From a virus: a stretch of 64,000 nucleotides of DNA. Location of the stretch: the IMG/VR virus record IMGVR_UViG_3300042564_000781, positions 32,001 to 96,000 of that record; one strand, written 5' to 3'. Shown piece after piece: positions 46,984-57,311 of the stretch. Position 1 is the first letter of the stretch. Each line of letters starts with the position of its first letter. The translations under genes were made by a program, and so were the position numbers. The notes beneath the pieces were generated by a model that was given only the letters and a program-made list of their open reading frames with translations, made no database searches and was not told where the DNA came from.

Positions 46984-48573
46984 ATGCCTAAAAAAATCGA
47001 AAATATTGTAGTAGTTGGCGGCGGCAGCGCAGGTTGGATGACTGCTGCCACCTTAATTAACTTTTTTCCAAATAAGAAAATAACAGTAATAGAAAGTCCA
47101 GATGTTCCAATTGTAGGTGTTGGTGAAAGCACACTAGGCGGTATTAGGCATTGGATGCATGCCTTAGGAATAGACGAACAAGATTTTATGAAGTATACTA
47201 ACGCTTCTTATAAAATGAGCATTAAATTTACCGATTTTTATAATAAGGATGCAGGGTCATTTCACTACCCGTTTGGTACTCCTGTGGGAGATGACGTAGG
47301 AGGCGGTGTAAAAGATTGGCAGGCTAAAAAGGTATTTTATCCTGAAACCCCAGTTGAAGATTATTGCAGAACGTATTTTTCAACAATGCCAATCATAGAA
47401 AATAATAAATTTACTAATGATCCCACCGGCTTTGATAATTATAGACCTGACACAGATGTAGCATATCATTTTGAATCAGTTCTATTTGGTAAATGGTTAT
47501 GTGATCATTATTGTATTCCCCGCGGCGTAATCCGTATTCAAGATACTGTTTCCAACATTAAAACTTCAGACTCTGGCATAGAAAAATTAATTATGGAGAA
47601 TGGTGACGAAATAGTTGCTGATTTGTTTGTTGACTGCACTGGATGGAAAAGTATGCTATTAGGCGAAGCACTAGCGGAACCTTTTATTTCTTATGCAGAT
47701 ATGTTACCTAACAATCGTGCATGGGCTGTGCAAGTTCCCTACGTAGAAATTGAAAAAGAATTAGAACCCTACACAAATTGTACGGCTATCAATAACGGAT
47801 GGTGTTGGAATATTCCGTTATGGAGTAGACTTGGTACCGGGTATGTTTACAGTGATAAATTTGTTAGCCCTGAAGATGCTAAGGAAGAATTTAAACAGTA
47901 TCTAATGAGCGACAAAATGACTGTGCCACGAACTAAAGAGCAGGTAGAAGCGTTAACTTATAAAGATATTACTATGCGTATTGGAATCCACGAACGCACT
48001 TGGGTTAAAAATGTAGTTGCAATTGGATTAAGTGCAGGGTTTATTGAACCTCTTGAAAGTAACGGATTATTTACTGTACATGAATTCCTATTTAAAGTAG
48101 TTGCAACATTGGATCGAGAAGGATACGTAACACAATGGGATCGAGATGTATATAATTCTGCAACCTTGGAATTATATAACAATTTTGCAGAATTTGTAGC
48201 AATGCATTATGCATTAAGTATTAGAGATGATACAGAATATTGGAGAACAATTTCCAATAAAACATTTAGTCCAAAGATGACAAAACTAATACCAACTCTT
48301 GGAAAAGGGTTCCATGATCTAGCAAATAGAAAAATGTTTTATTTCAATCATGGAGATTTTGGCGGAATACATTGTGTAGCAACTGGTATGCATTTTTTTG
48401 TTATGAGTAAACTTAATACTATTTTTGCATCACATGTTTTTAGAACTGATGTTAAATCACAAGTAGATACCTTTGTTTCTAGACGACGCAATCTTCAGAC
48501 AAAATGGCAAGATGTTGCAAAAAATCTGCCTTCGTTATTTCAATATTTAAAAACAAACATACATAATGAGTGA
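46984..48573 (+). CDS. Flavin-dependent tryptophan halogenase family protein
   Basis: VVGGGSAGW, VGVGEST, ASYKMSIKF (PrnA K79 position), intact WCWNIP motif, GFIEPLES. Confidence 0.9.
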   Translation: MPKKIENIVVVGGGSAGWMTAATLINFFPNKKITVIESPDVPIVGVGESTLGGIRHWMHALGIDEQDFMKYTNASYKMSIKFTDFYNKDAGSFHYPFGTPVGDDVGGGVKDWQAKKVFYPETPVEDYCRTYFSTMPIIENNKFTNDPTGFDNYRPDTDVAYHFESVLFGKWLCDHYCIPRGVIRIQDTVSNIKTSDSGIEKLIMENGDEIVADLFVDCTGWKSMLLGEALAEPFISYADMLPNNRAWAVQVPYVEIEKELEPYTNCTAINNGWCWNIPLWSRLGTGYVYSDKFVSPEDAKEEFKQYLMSDKMTVPRTKEQVEALTYKDITMRIGIHERTWVKNVVAIGLSAGFIEPLESNGLFTVHEFLFKVVATLDREGYVTQWDRDVYNSATLELYNNFAEFVAMHYALSIRDDTEYWRTISNKTFSPKMTKLIPTLGKGFHDLANRKMFYFNHGDFGGIHCVATGMHFFVMSKLNTIFASHVFRTDVKSQVDTFVSRRRNLQTKWQDVAKNLPSLFQYLKTNIHNE

Positions 48574-49174
48574 AATAATTCCGTTATTTTCAGTTCCTGT
48601 ATATACAACAACTCTTGATATTCCGGAGCAGAAATTTCAGCACGTTCTTAATTATTGTAAAGAATTAAAATTTTATCAAAACGCCGGCCACAATTTTGCA
48701 AGCCACAATCGAGACATTTTGTCTGAACCAATGTTTGCAGAAATTAGGGAGTTGATACAAACCGAAATTAATCATTATACTAAAAATATAATGATGTGGG
48801 ATTCTAACGAATTTTATATTACACAGTCGTGGGTTAATGTTAACCCAAAAGATACCGAACATCATATACATTACCACTATAATAGCATTATTAGTGGCAC
48901 ATTTTATTTACAAACTAGCGATAATGACAATATTGTTTTTCATAGAAGATCTGAAGTGGCCCTATTAAATATGGAGAGAAGTTCTTTCAACATATGGAAT
49001 AGTGACTTTTGGAAAGTGCAGGTAAAAAATAACTCAATTGTGTTATTTCCGTCGCCGCTCTATCATAGTGTTGATAAGAATGAAACTGAATACGAACGAG
49101 TAAGTATTGCGTTTAATGTATTTGCTCGCGGTGAATTTGGAACTGAAAAAGGTTTGACCTATTTAAAACTATAA
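48566..49174 (+). CDS. 2OG-Fe(II) oxygenase (TIGR02466-like)
   Basis: QSWVN...HIHYHYNSIISG...LFPS.LYHSV...RVSIAFN. Confidence 0.85.
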   Translation: MSEIIPLFSVPVYTTTLDIPEQKFQHVLNYCKELKFYQNAGHNFASHNRDILSEPMFAEIRELIQTEINHYTKNIMMWDSNEFYITQSWVNVNPKDTEHHIHYHYNSIISGTFYLQTSDNDNIVFHRRSEVALLNMERSSFNIWNSDFWKVQVKNNSIVLFPSPLYHSVDKNETEYERVSIAFNVFARGEFGTEKGLTYLKL

Positions 49175-49178
49175 TTAT

Positions 49179-50120
49179 ATGAAACGATCAACAGTATTTT
49201 TAATTAATGGAGGTGCAGGAAGGGTATTATGTTCAATTCCTGCATTAGAGTTATACGAACAAGAAAATCCTAACGATGATTTTGTTATAATTGTCGAACA
49301 CGGGATAAATTTTTTTAAAGGACATCCAACACTATACAAGCGATGTTTTGAGTTTCATCATAAAAATTTATTTCATGATAAAATTAAAGATCGAGTCTAT
49401 AAATTCCCAGAACCTTATCAAGTATGGGAATACTATAATAATTTAGCCACAATTTCGCAAGCATTTGATATTGCTATAAACAACAAGGGAGTAAGGAAGT
49501 TGTTACCACCTACTATTGTATTATCTAATAGTGAACTAACTGGGTCTATAGAAACAATTAATCTTATTAAAAAAGACAAAGGAAATAAAAAAACAATAGT
49601 ATTTCAGCCATTTGGTAGAGGCACAAATCTGCACAATACTGGCATAGGTGTAGATACTTTTGGAAAATCATTTTTCATAGGAGATGTAGCAACAATTATT
49701 AGATCGTTGCAACAACAGTATATAGTTGTGTTGATGTGTGAGCACGACATTAACTTTAAAGAAGCAGGTTACGAAAATGTAGATACAGCCCAGATTACAG
49801 GGTTATCATTGCGTCAGTGGTTTGCCATTATTAATGCATCGGATTATTTTTTAGGATGCGATAGTGTGGGACAACATGCGGCATTTGGTCTAAATAAAAA
49901 AGCAACAGTTATACTAGGCAGCACATTTAAAGAAAATGTATCATATCCTGATTACGGCGGGTTTGATATTTTAGATTTTGGAGAAGGTAAAAAAACTTAC
50001 TCTCCTATAAGATTGTGCAATGATGAAGTTGCAGATTTAACTAACGAATCGATTATGAAATTAACTACTGATCAACTTAACCAAGTTGTACAATCTGTTA
50101 AAACAAATATAGAGGAATAA
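49179..50120 (+). CDS. Glycosyltransferase, GT9 (heptosyltransferase)-like
   Basis: N-terminal GGAGRVLCSIPAL and C-terminal FLGCDSVGQHAAFGL resembling the GT9 DSG..H.A.A motif. Confidence 0.7.
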   Translation: MKRSTVFLINGGAGRVLCSIPALELYEQENPNDDFVIIVEHGINFFKGHPTLYKRCFEFHHKNLFHDKIKDRVYKFPEPYQVWEYYNNLATISQAFDIAINNKGVRKLLPPTIVLSNSELTGSIETINLIKKDKGNKKTIVFQPFGRGTNLHNTGIGVDTFGKSFFIGDVATIIRSLQQQYIVVLMCEHDINFKEAGYENVDTAQITGLSLRQWFAIINASDYFLGCDSVGQHAAFGLNKKATVILGSTFKENVSYPDYGGFDILDFGEGKKTYSPIRLCNDEVADLTNESIMKLTTDQLNQVVQSVKTNIEE

Positions 50121-50123
50121 CAT

Positions 50124-50732
50124 ATGGACTATGAAATATTTCCACTCTTTCCGTCAGTAATATATAAAAAAAATCTTGCATTTGAACTTACACAGCCAGA
50201 ATTAAATGCTATTTACTCAACCGATATGCATTTACAGGCATTGGGTAATAATACATCATTTGATAGTAGATTATTAGATAATCCAGTATTTTCTAGGTTG
50301 AAGAAAGTTTGTTTAGATCATGCTCAAATATATTACACCGAAGTTATGAAATACGATTATAAATTGCATATGACAAACTCTTGGTTAAATGTAACGCAAG
50401 AAAATCAATCTCACAATGCACATAATCATAATAACAGCATAGTGTCCGGAGTATTGTACATAAAAACTAAAGATAGTACTCCGTCAATTACATTTTGTAG
50501 ATTAACTCCGCCATTACTACTAAATGTAAACGCAAGCGAATACAATTTTTTTAATTCATTAGAATGGGAATTACCTGTTGAAGATAATTGTATTGTTATT
50601 TTTCCATCACAATGTTTTCACTATGTGAAAAAAAATGTAACTTTGAATGAACGAATTTCTATTGCATTTAATACATTTGTTAAAGGCAATATTAGAGCTG
50701 AATGGTCTGGCGCAGATTTAGAGTTAGGATAA
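50124..50732 (+). CDS. 2OG-Fe(II) oxygenase (TIGR02466-like), paralog of 48566
   Basis: NSWLN...HNAHNHNNSIVSG...IFPS..FHYV...RISIAFN. Confidence 0.85.
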   Translation: MDYEIFPLFPSVIYKKNLAFELTQPELNAIYSTDMHLQALGNNTSFDSRLLDNPVFSRLKKVCLDHAQIYYTEVMKYDYKLHMTNSWLNVTQENQSHNAHNHNNSIVSGVLYIKTKDSTPSITFCRLTPPLLLNVNASEYNFFNSLEWELPVEDNCIVIFPSQCFHYVKKNVTLNERISIAFNTFVKGNIRAEWSGADLELG

Positions 50733-50735
50733 AAT

Positions 50736-52559
50736 ATGAATAAACAACCAGTATGGATTGCAGGATTTGCCAGAGGACATAACGCCGGGGTGTGTTTGTT
50801 AAAAGATGGTGAAATTGTATTTTCTGTAGAAGAAGAAAGGCTTACTAGATGCAAATACGACGGAGGTCCGTTTGCTAGTATACTTAAAATTTTAGAGTAC
50901 ACTGATAAACTTGATTATATGGTGTTTTCTCACACTACTCCCTTAGACACCGCAGGTAATATAGAATTTACTGGGGATAATATATATGTTGGGTTTGCTA
51001 GAAAACTAGGATTAATTAGCAGGGCACATAATTTTGGTAAACATCCTCAAGTTATTGACATGTGTAATATACATCATAAATTACATGCTGCATGTGCATT
51101 TTATCGATCTGGATGGGAGTCTGCCACTGCATTAGTAGTAGACGGCGCTGGAACATTTTTCCCTACAGTTATTGATAATATAGATATTACCACTTGGGAA
51201 ACAGAATCAATTTTTAGTTGTAAGTATCCTGCAGAAATTAAAACGCACTACAAACACCATGCTACTAAATTTAACATTATTCCAAAATTAGAACCTGCAA
51301 TGGACAGTGAGTGGATTAGCGAGCCCGGAAATACATACGAGGCATTGTTTTCAGACAGGGCAGGTATTGTAAAAGTGTACGAGGCTGCATCGCTGTATTG
51401 CGGATTTCAAGAAATTGAAGCTGGAAAAACTATGGGGTTATTTCCATACGGACAGCCATCTACTGAAATTCCTGCACTATTTATTGATGAAGGCCCTAGG
51501 TCATTATCTAATAGAAATTTAGTTATACCAACTTATCCGGCCGGAGCAAAAATTAATAAACTTGCAGCCCCTTATTTAGACAACATAGCTGTTGCAGACG
51601 AAGATGTTAGTTTACTTCAAAATAGACGAGATGTGGCATATGCTACACAAATTCAAACTCAAGCTGAAGTTGTTAAGCTAATTAAGAAAGCAGTTAGTAT
51701 GACAGGTAATAAGCGTGTAGTAATCAGTGGCGGCTACGGCTTAAACTGTGTTGCTAACTATCACTATCTTGATGCACTAAAAGATGATGGTATCGAAATT
51801 TATGTAGAGCCAATTAGCAATGATGCTGGCACTGCAATGGGTGCTGCTATGTTTTTATGGCGCCATGTAAGCCAAGATACGACTATTAGAAAATTTGAAA
51901 CTTTATACTTAGGACCTAAACATAATTATACTGTTGATTATGTTATAGACACAGCACATGCTAGTGATGTAGAAATTATTGATGCGTATTATAGTGATGT
52001 AGTTAATCTATTAATTAACAAAAATATTGTAACAATTTATCAAGGGCAATCTGAAAACGGCCCACGTGCGCTAGGTAATCGAAGTGTGCTATTTGATCCG
52101 CGATTTGTTGACGGTAAAGACTATGTTAATGAAGTTAAACATAGAGAATACTTCCGTCCTTTTGCTGGCAGTATTTTACATGAATACGCACACGAGTGGT
52201 TTGATCTAAGAGGTATGGATAGCAGCCCACATATGATGTATGCAGTAAATTGTCGACCTGGCATTGCAGAAAAGATACCTAGTATTATTCATGTTGACGG
52301 TAGTTGCCGCATACAAACTGTTACAGAACAACAAAATTTTCATTACTATAATTTAATTAAAGAATTCTATAATCAAACTGGATGTCCTATTATATTTAAT
52401 ACTAGTTTTAACTTAGGAGGAGAGCCATTAGTTGAAACACTAGAAGATGCTATTTGGACATTACAAAATTCTGATATTGAATATTTGTTTCTGCCAGAAT
52501 TTAATAAATTAATTACAGTAAAAATAAATCACAGGAAAGAGAATAACTATGTCAGATAA
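50736..52559 (+). CDS. Carbamoyltransferase (NodU/CmcH/TobZ family)
   Basis: EEERLTR.K, HH.LHAACAFY.S, DGAG, GPRALGNRS, VKHREYFRPFA, HVDGSCRIQTV, NTSFNLGGEP. Confidence 0.93.
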   Translation: MNKQPVWIAGFARGHNAGVCLLKDGEIVFSVEEERLTRCKYDGGPFASILKILEYTDKLDYMVFSHTTPLDTAGNIEFTGDNIYVGFARKLGLISRAHNFGKHPQVIDMCNIHHKLHAACAFYRSGWESATALVVDGAGTFFPTVIDNIDITTWETESIFSCKYPAEIKTHYKHHATKFNIIPKLEPAMDSEWISEPGNTYEALFSDRAGIVKVYEAASLYCGFQEIEAGKTMGLFPYGQPSTEIPALFIDEGPRSLSNRNLVIPTYPAGAKINKLAAPYLDNIAVADEDVSLLQNRRDVAYATQIQTQAEVVKLIKKAVSMTGNKRVVISGGYGLNCVANYHYLDALKDDGIEIYVEPISNDAGTAMGAAMFLWRHVSQDTTIRKFETLYLGPKHNYTVDYVIDTAHASDVEIIDAYYSDVVNLLINKNIVTIYQGQSENGPRALGNRSVLFDPRFVDGKDYVNEVKHREYFRPFAGSILHEYAHEWFDLRGMDSSPHMMYAVNCRPGIAEKIPSIIHVDGSCRIQTVTEQQNFHYYNLIKEFYNQTGCPIIFNTSFNLGGEPLVETLEDAIWTLQNSDIEYLFLPEFNKLITVKINHRKENNYVR

Positions 52560-53211
52560 TATGTCTAAGGTAAGATATAACGAACTTCCAAATATTGGTG
52601 TGTTGTCGGATCAAGTTCCGACTGATATGCTAGCCATGTTAAATTTAGAAATACAAGAACTAATCACAAGTGATTTTAAATCACAGCAACAATTCAACCA
52701 TAAGTTGCTCGGCCATATGAAACATGAATACGATCTATCTAATTGTATTTCTAGAATTGAACCTTATATTTTAAATTTAGTTAATATGTATGATCAACAA
52801 TGGAATTTGCTTGAACATTACGACGACTCTGGCAGTAGCATAGTTAAGTATCTAAAATTAACAGATTTATGGGTAAACATTCAAAAAAAACACGAATTTA
52901 ATCCTCCCCATGAGCATACGGGCATTGCAAGTTTTGTTATATGGATCAATATTCCATATGACTTAGCAGCTGAAGAAGCATATTTTCCTATAGTTAGCGG
53001 CGGCCCCAACGCTAATAGAACATCTAAATTTACATTTCATTATTCAAATTTAATGGGGCAACACCGACATTTTATGATTGAAGTAGATAAGAATCACGAA
53101 GGGACAATTATATTATTCCCGTCAAAATTAAATCACAGTGTAAATCCTTTTTACACAAGTGACGGTTACAGGATATCCGTGGCCGGAAATGTTAGGTCGG
53201 TGCTACCATGA
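52549..53211 (+). CDS. 2OG-Fe(II) oxygenase family protein
   Basis: LWVN.QKKHEFNPPHEH...LFPSKLNHSVNPF...RISVAGN. Confidence 0.8.
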   Translation: MSDNMSKVRYNELPNIGVLSDQVPTDMLAMLNLEIQELITSDFKSQQQFNHKLLGHMKHEYDLSNCISRIEPYILNLVNMYDQQWNLLEHYDDSGSSIVKYLKLTDLWVNIQKKHEFNPPHEHTGIASFVIWINIPYDLAAEEAYFPIVSGGPNANRTSKFTFHYSNLMGQHRHFMIEVDKNHEGTIILFPSKLNHSVNPFYTSDGYRISVAGNVRSVLP

Positions 53212-53834
53212 AAATAATAGACAACGCACTTTCCCTGTCAGTTCTTAATTTATTAGAAAATAAAATTTTAGAATATGACTTTCCTTGGCACTATAGTCCA
53301 ATTACGTATCCTTTTGGAAAACTTACTAGTACCAATCCTCACCCTTTTAATTTTACAAATTATCCAATTATTGACGGACAAACTCAGAATGACATCGGAG
53401 TATTACTACAACCTATACTGTTTGACTGTATAGATAAAATAGGGCAACCTGCAGATCAAATATTTAGAGTGCGAGTAGTACTACAGCCGCGTACTTGCGG
53501 CCAATATACTAACGATCCGCATATTGATCTACCATTTCCTCATCGAGTGGGAATATTATATCTAACTGATTCAAATTCTCCTACAGTAATATATAACGAA
53601 AAATACGATTTTAATTTAGACAAATCAAAATATGAAGATTTTGCTTCAGCAAGTTTTGAATATTTTAAAGAAAATTATCTAGGAAAGGAAACGGTATTAC
53701 AAACTGTAACTCCTCAACGAAATAGATTGTTAGGGTTTGATGGCGGACACTATCATGCGAGCGCGACTCCCAACGATGTAGATCGTCGCGTAATAATAAA
53801 TATTGCCTACGGAATGGCAAAGGATGCCCAATAA
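53208..53834 (+). CDS. 2OG-Fe(II) oxygenase family protein (HxD type)
   Basis: FPWHY...PHID...ILYL...NRL..FDG..YHAS..P...RRVIINI. Confidence 0.8.
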   Translation: MKIIDNALSLSVLNLLENKILEYDFPWHYSPITYPFGKLTSTNPHPFNFTNYPIIDGQTQNDIGVLLQPILFDCIDKIGQPADQIFRVRVVLQPRTCGQYTNDPHIDLPFPHRVGILYLTDSNSPTVIYNEKYDFNLDKSKYEDFASASFEYFKENYLGKETVLQTVTPQRNRLLGFDGGHYHASATPNDVDRRVIINIAYGMAKDAQ

Positions 53835-55316
53835 ATGACTTATAAAATTACAGTAGTAGGCGGAGGCACCGCCGGTGTTATGGCAGCAACATATTTCAAG
53901 TCTTATTGGGGCGACCTAGTTGATGTTACTATGATATATGATCATAAGAAACCCGGAATAGGTGTTGGCGAAAGTCTGACTCCTATTTTTGACAACTATT
54001 TAAAAACAGTTGGCATAACCACCGTTGAGCTGATACAGAACTGCAATGCAACTATTAAACTAGGTTTAAAATTTAAAAACTGGACGCACGAAGGCAGCGA
54101 GTGGCATCATAGCTTTCCAATTAATCAAGCAATTAATGCTACTGATCCTACAATTGCAGACTTTAATGCAGTAGATGCGTATGATATATTGCACGACCAA
54201 TATGAAAATTCATACAACTATGATAGTTTTTACTATGATAATAATTTAATATTCGGGGTAGATAATTTGTCTTATAGACATGCCATGCACATAGATGCTA
54301 ATCTTGTTGGAAGATATATTGAATCAAAATTCAAAGATAAAATTAATATTGTTGACGGCATTGTGCAACAAGTTAATGTTGAACATAGAGAAATTACAAA
54401 TTTAGTATTAGCATCGGGCGATACTATTACTAGTGATTTGTTCATAGATGCATCTGGTTTAGAGTATGCACTAATTAAACATTTAAATCCAGAATGGATT
54501 GACGTAACTGATCAGCTACCAACTAACCGTACAATCCCTAACCCATTGTTTAAAGATTTTGATTATATTCCCCCTTATACTACGGCTGACGCAACAAAGA
54601 ACGGATGGATACTAGATGTTCCATTATCTAATAGACGAGGTACTGGATATGTATATTCGTCAGAATTTACATCCGACGAAGAGGCTAAAAAAGACTTTAA
54701 CCAATGGCTATTAAAAACACACGGTACTGAATTAGCAAGTGATCGAGTTATTAAGTTTAATAACGGATACTGGAAGGAACAATGGATCGGTAACTGTATT
54801 GCTATTGGATTAGCAAGCGGATTTGTAGAACCTCTTGAAGCAACTAGTTTGCATAATACATACAGTCAATTAGATACTATAACTAGTACGCATTCATTAA
54901 TTAAATGTCAAATTGATTCCGATGCTTATAATATATTTTCAACACGTATGTATGAAAACAGTGTTGAGTATATTAGGTTTTTTTATCATACAAAAAGAAC
55001 CGACTCTGAATTTTGGAAATATTTAACTAACAATACACCAAAATGGTTACAAGATTTAGATACTAAGTTATTAAATGCATTTCCGGGGCCCCGAGATTTC
55101 CCTAAGATAGGAATGTTTGGTTCTAGCAGCTATACATCTATTGGGTACGGCCACGGAAGATTTACGAAACAAGGAATTGAAAGATATCTAACGTCTAAAC
55201 ACATGATGCAACATGCTAAACATGCATCGGAACAAATAAAGAAAATTAAATTAGATTTAAGAAAACACGCAGTTAATCACAAACAATGGATTGATTACAT
55301 TAAATCAAGTCAATGA
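53835..55316 (+). CDS. Flavin-dependent tryptophan halogenase family protein
   Basis: VVGGGTAG, IGVGESL, ATIKLGLKFKNW, GWILDVPL (degenerate WxWxIP), GFVEPLEAT. Confidence 0.88.
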   Translation: MTYKITVVGGGTAGVMAATYFKSYWGDLVDVTMIYDHKKPGIGVGESLTPIFDNYLKTVGITTVELIQNCNATIKLGLKFKNWTHEGSEWHHSFPINQAINATDPTIADFNAVDAYDILHDQYENSYNYDSFYYDNNLIFGVDNLSYRHAMHIDANLVGRYIESKFKDKINIVDGIVQQVNVEHREITNLVLASGDTITSDLFIDASGLEYALIKHLNPEWIDVTDQLPTNRTIPNPLFKDFDYIPPYTTADATKNGWILDVPLSNRRGTGYVYSSEFTSDEEAKKDFNQWLLKTHGTELASDRVIKFNNGYWKEQWIGNCIAIGLASGFVEPLEATSLHNTYSQLDTITSTHSLIKCQIDSDAYNIFSTRMYENSVEYIRFFYHTKRTDSEFWKYLTNNTPKWLQDLDTKLLNAFPGPRDFPKIGMFGSSSYTSIGYGHGRFTKQGIERYLTSKHMMQHAKHASEQIKKIKLDLRKHAVNHKQWIDYIKSSQ

Positions 55317-55749
55317 TATCAGTAACTGTTTGTATCTTGCTTTGAATAATTCGATTTCGCAAACTAAGATCTAGTCCTTTATGCACAGGTTTAGGTAAAC
55401 TTTCTAAATTAAACCATCCCCATGCAACGTGCTCGTCGCTGAGTTTGGGGATAAATTCTTCATCTACAATACAGAAGTATGTGTGAAAATTAAACATACT
55501 ATCATTGCTAACAAATCGTTCAAGTGGAATAGTCTTTTTAATATCAGGCATTGCACCTAATTCTTCTTCAATTTCTCGTTGTAGACCCTGCCACGCAGAT
55601 TCGTTAGAATGATTAGTACCCCCGACTAACCCCCAACGTCCTGCATGTTTACCTTCAGACTTTTGCAGCAATAAAAATCTTTTTGTTGTTCGTGCGCAAA
55701 TTAACGCACCGGAACAATCAATTAGTTCGTTTATAATTCTAACCTCCAA
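55300..55749 (-). CDS. Nudix hydrolase
   Basis: WGLVGG.....ES...GLQREIEEELG Nudix box; start codon uncertain (TTG 55749 or ATA 55734). Confidence 0.85.
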   Translation of the reverse strand: MEVRIINELIDCSGALICARTTKRFLLLQKSEGKHAGRWGLVGGTNHSNESAWQGLQREIEEELGAMPDIKKTIPLERFVSNDSMFNFHTYFCIVDEEFIPKLSDEHVAWGWFNLESLPKPVHKGLDLSLRNRIIQSKIQTVTDIIDLI

Positions 55750-57311
55750 CTTCCGCGTCTGTAGTCACCGTCAAAACTTTTCACCCAATTAACGCCATTC
55801 CATTTGTATTGTACTAGTGTATAGATGTTTGTTTGATAAATCAAGTTTTCTGAGTTTTCGCCTGCTGAAAATACTACCCACCATTTATTGCCATCCCATT
55901 CAATAATATCGTTTGCTTCTGCAATAAAGTCAGTGCCGTCATCATTTTTCCAAGCATCTGGACCGTCTTCATTTAGATTTAATACATAGGTAACTGTGCT
56001 ACCTACAGGTATAAATGCAGCAAGAATAATAACATAATTACCATCTCTTTCTATAGGCGTAATCAAACCTACTTCAACTCCGTTGACGAACACATGACAA
56101 TCATTTACTTTATCAAACTCAACTGATGTACTAATTCTTTGTATTTTTAATCCAGTAACAAACGTATCACGGACACCGCCACCAATATTGTCAATAATTA
56201 AGTATCTAGTACCAAGTACTAAATTGCTTGGACCTGTAGTTGTAGGGTCAATTACTGCGTCAAAACTACCCCATTGACCCGATAATCTAGTAGGGCCAGC
56301 AACCATGTCATTAGTGGGAAATGTGCCGTCATCCCAGTTAACTATCATTTCAGATTCATCTAACGGATTTATACTTAGGTAGCCAACAACTTCACTGCCG
56401 TCAGGTTGCAACAAATAAATCTTTGCTAGTCCAGCAGTATATTTTCCAGGATGCTGTTGTAGTATCACCTGCCAATTTAACCATACTCCGGGTTGCGTAC
56501 TACTGACTAATTTAATTTTGCCTTCTGATACAACAATGTCAAAGTTACCCAGTGTAGTCTTTGCACTTGCAATAGAGTTTGCTGGATATGATTGCCCTGC
56601 ATCAACATACACACCTAATCCGTCAATGTATGAATCGCTCATTCCAGAACTATCAAATGTGCTTGAAATAATATTAGTAACAACGCCTAACTTCTTAACT
56701 TTTGCAGGAGGAGTAATCCATATAGGAGTAGTAAGTGTTAGTGTAGCAACATCAATCTGCGTAGCAGTACCCATCGGAACTGTGCGACTACTAAAACTAA
56801 CATCACCAAGGTCAACAACGGTTAATGATGTCCAGTCAACAAAGTTATCAGTTGTTTGTATTTCTAAACTCGGATTAAACAATACTAGGATTTGTTCAAG
56901 AATTTGTAATTTTTGTTCTGTACTAGTTGACCAGATGTCTGCTTTAACTGATAACTTAAATGGAGTTGGCATTAGTCGTTCAACAGTATAGTTTTGTCCT
57001 TGGGTGCTAGTATAGTTTCCATTTTCGTCAATGTCGCGTTCACGAATATGCATCTTACTAACCAGTGTTGCATCTCCTAAACGAGTATTGTCAAGATCAA
57101 GATCAGTAATGTATATTGCAATCCTCGGAGCACTTTGTAAAGTATTTTCTGAGTTTTGATTAACAATAGTCGCTGCTTGACGGTCCTGGTCGCCATACAT
57201 AACCGGCACACGCACTAGTGTACCATCTCCGTATCTAACAACAAAATTGCTTAGTAGTCTAACTATCTGTAATAAGTATCGGCGTATCTGGCCGTCATAA
57301 AAATATTGCAT
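55731..57311 (-). CDS. gp15: Tail sheath stabilizer/completion protein (T4 gp15-like) with C-terminal extension
   Basis: YFYDGQIRRY, VPVMYG, PTPFKL, QILEQILVLFNP motifs; adjacent to neck genes. Confidence 0.75.
   Translation of the reverse strand: MQYFYDGQIRRYLLQIVRLLSNFVVRYGDGTLVRVPVMYGDQDRQAATIVNQNSENTLQSAPRIAIYITDLDLDNTRLGDATLVSKMHIRERDIDENGNYTSTQGQNYTVERLMPTPFKLSVKADIWSTSTEQKLQILEQILVLFNPSLEIQTTDNFVDWTSLTVVDLGDVSFSSRTVPMGTATQIDVATLTLTTPIWITPPAKVKKLGVVTNIISSTFDSSGMSDSYIDGLGVYVDAGQSYPANSIASAKTTLGNFDIVVSEGKIKLVSSTQPGVWLNWQVILQQHPGKYTAGLAKIYLLQPDGSEVVGYLSINPLDESEMIVNWDDGTFPTNDMVAGPTRLSGQWGSFDAVIDPTTTGPSNLVLGTRYLIIDNIGGGVRDTFVTGLKIQRISTSVEFDKVNDCHVFVNGVEVGLITPIERDGNYVIILAAFIPVGSTVTYVLNLNEDGPDAWKNDDGTDFIAEANDIIEWDGNKWWVVFSAGENSENLIYQTNIYTLVQYKWNGVNWVKSFDGDYRRGSWRLEL

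Noticed and set aside
50736-52559. Carbamoyltransferase as a definite DNA hypermodification enzyme
   Set aside because: No dCMP hydroxymethylase, thymidylate synthase homologue or methyltransferase nearby; not excluded, but unsupported by this window.
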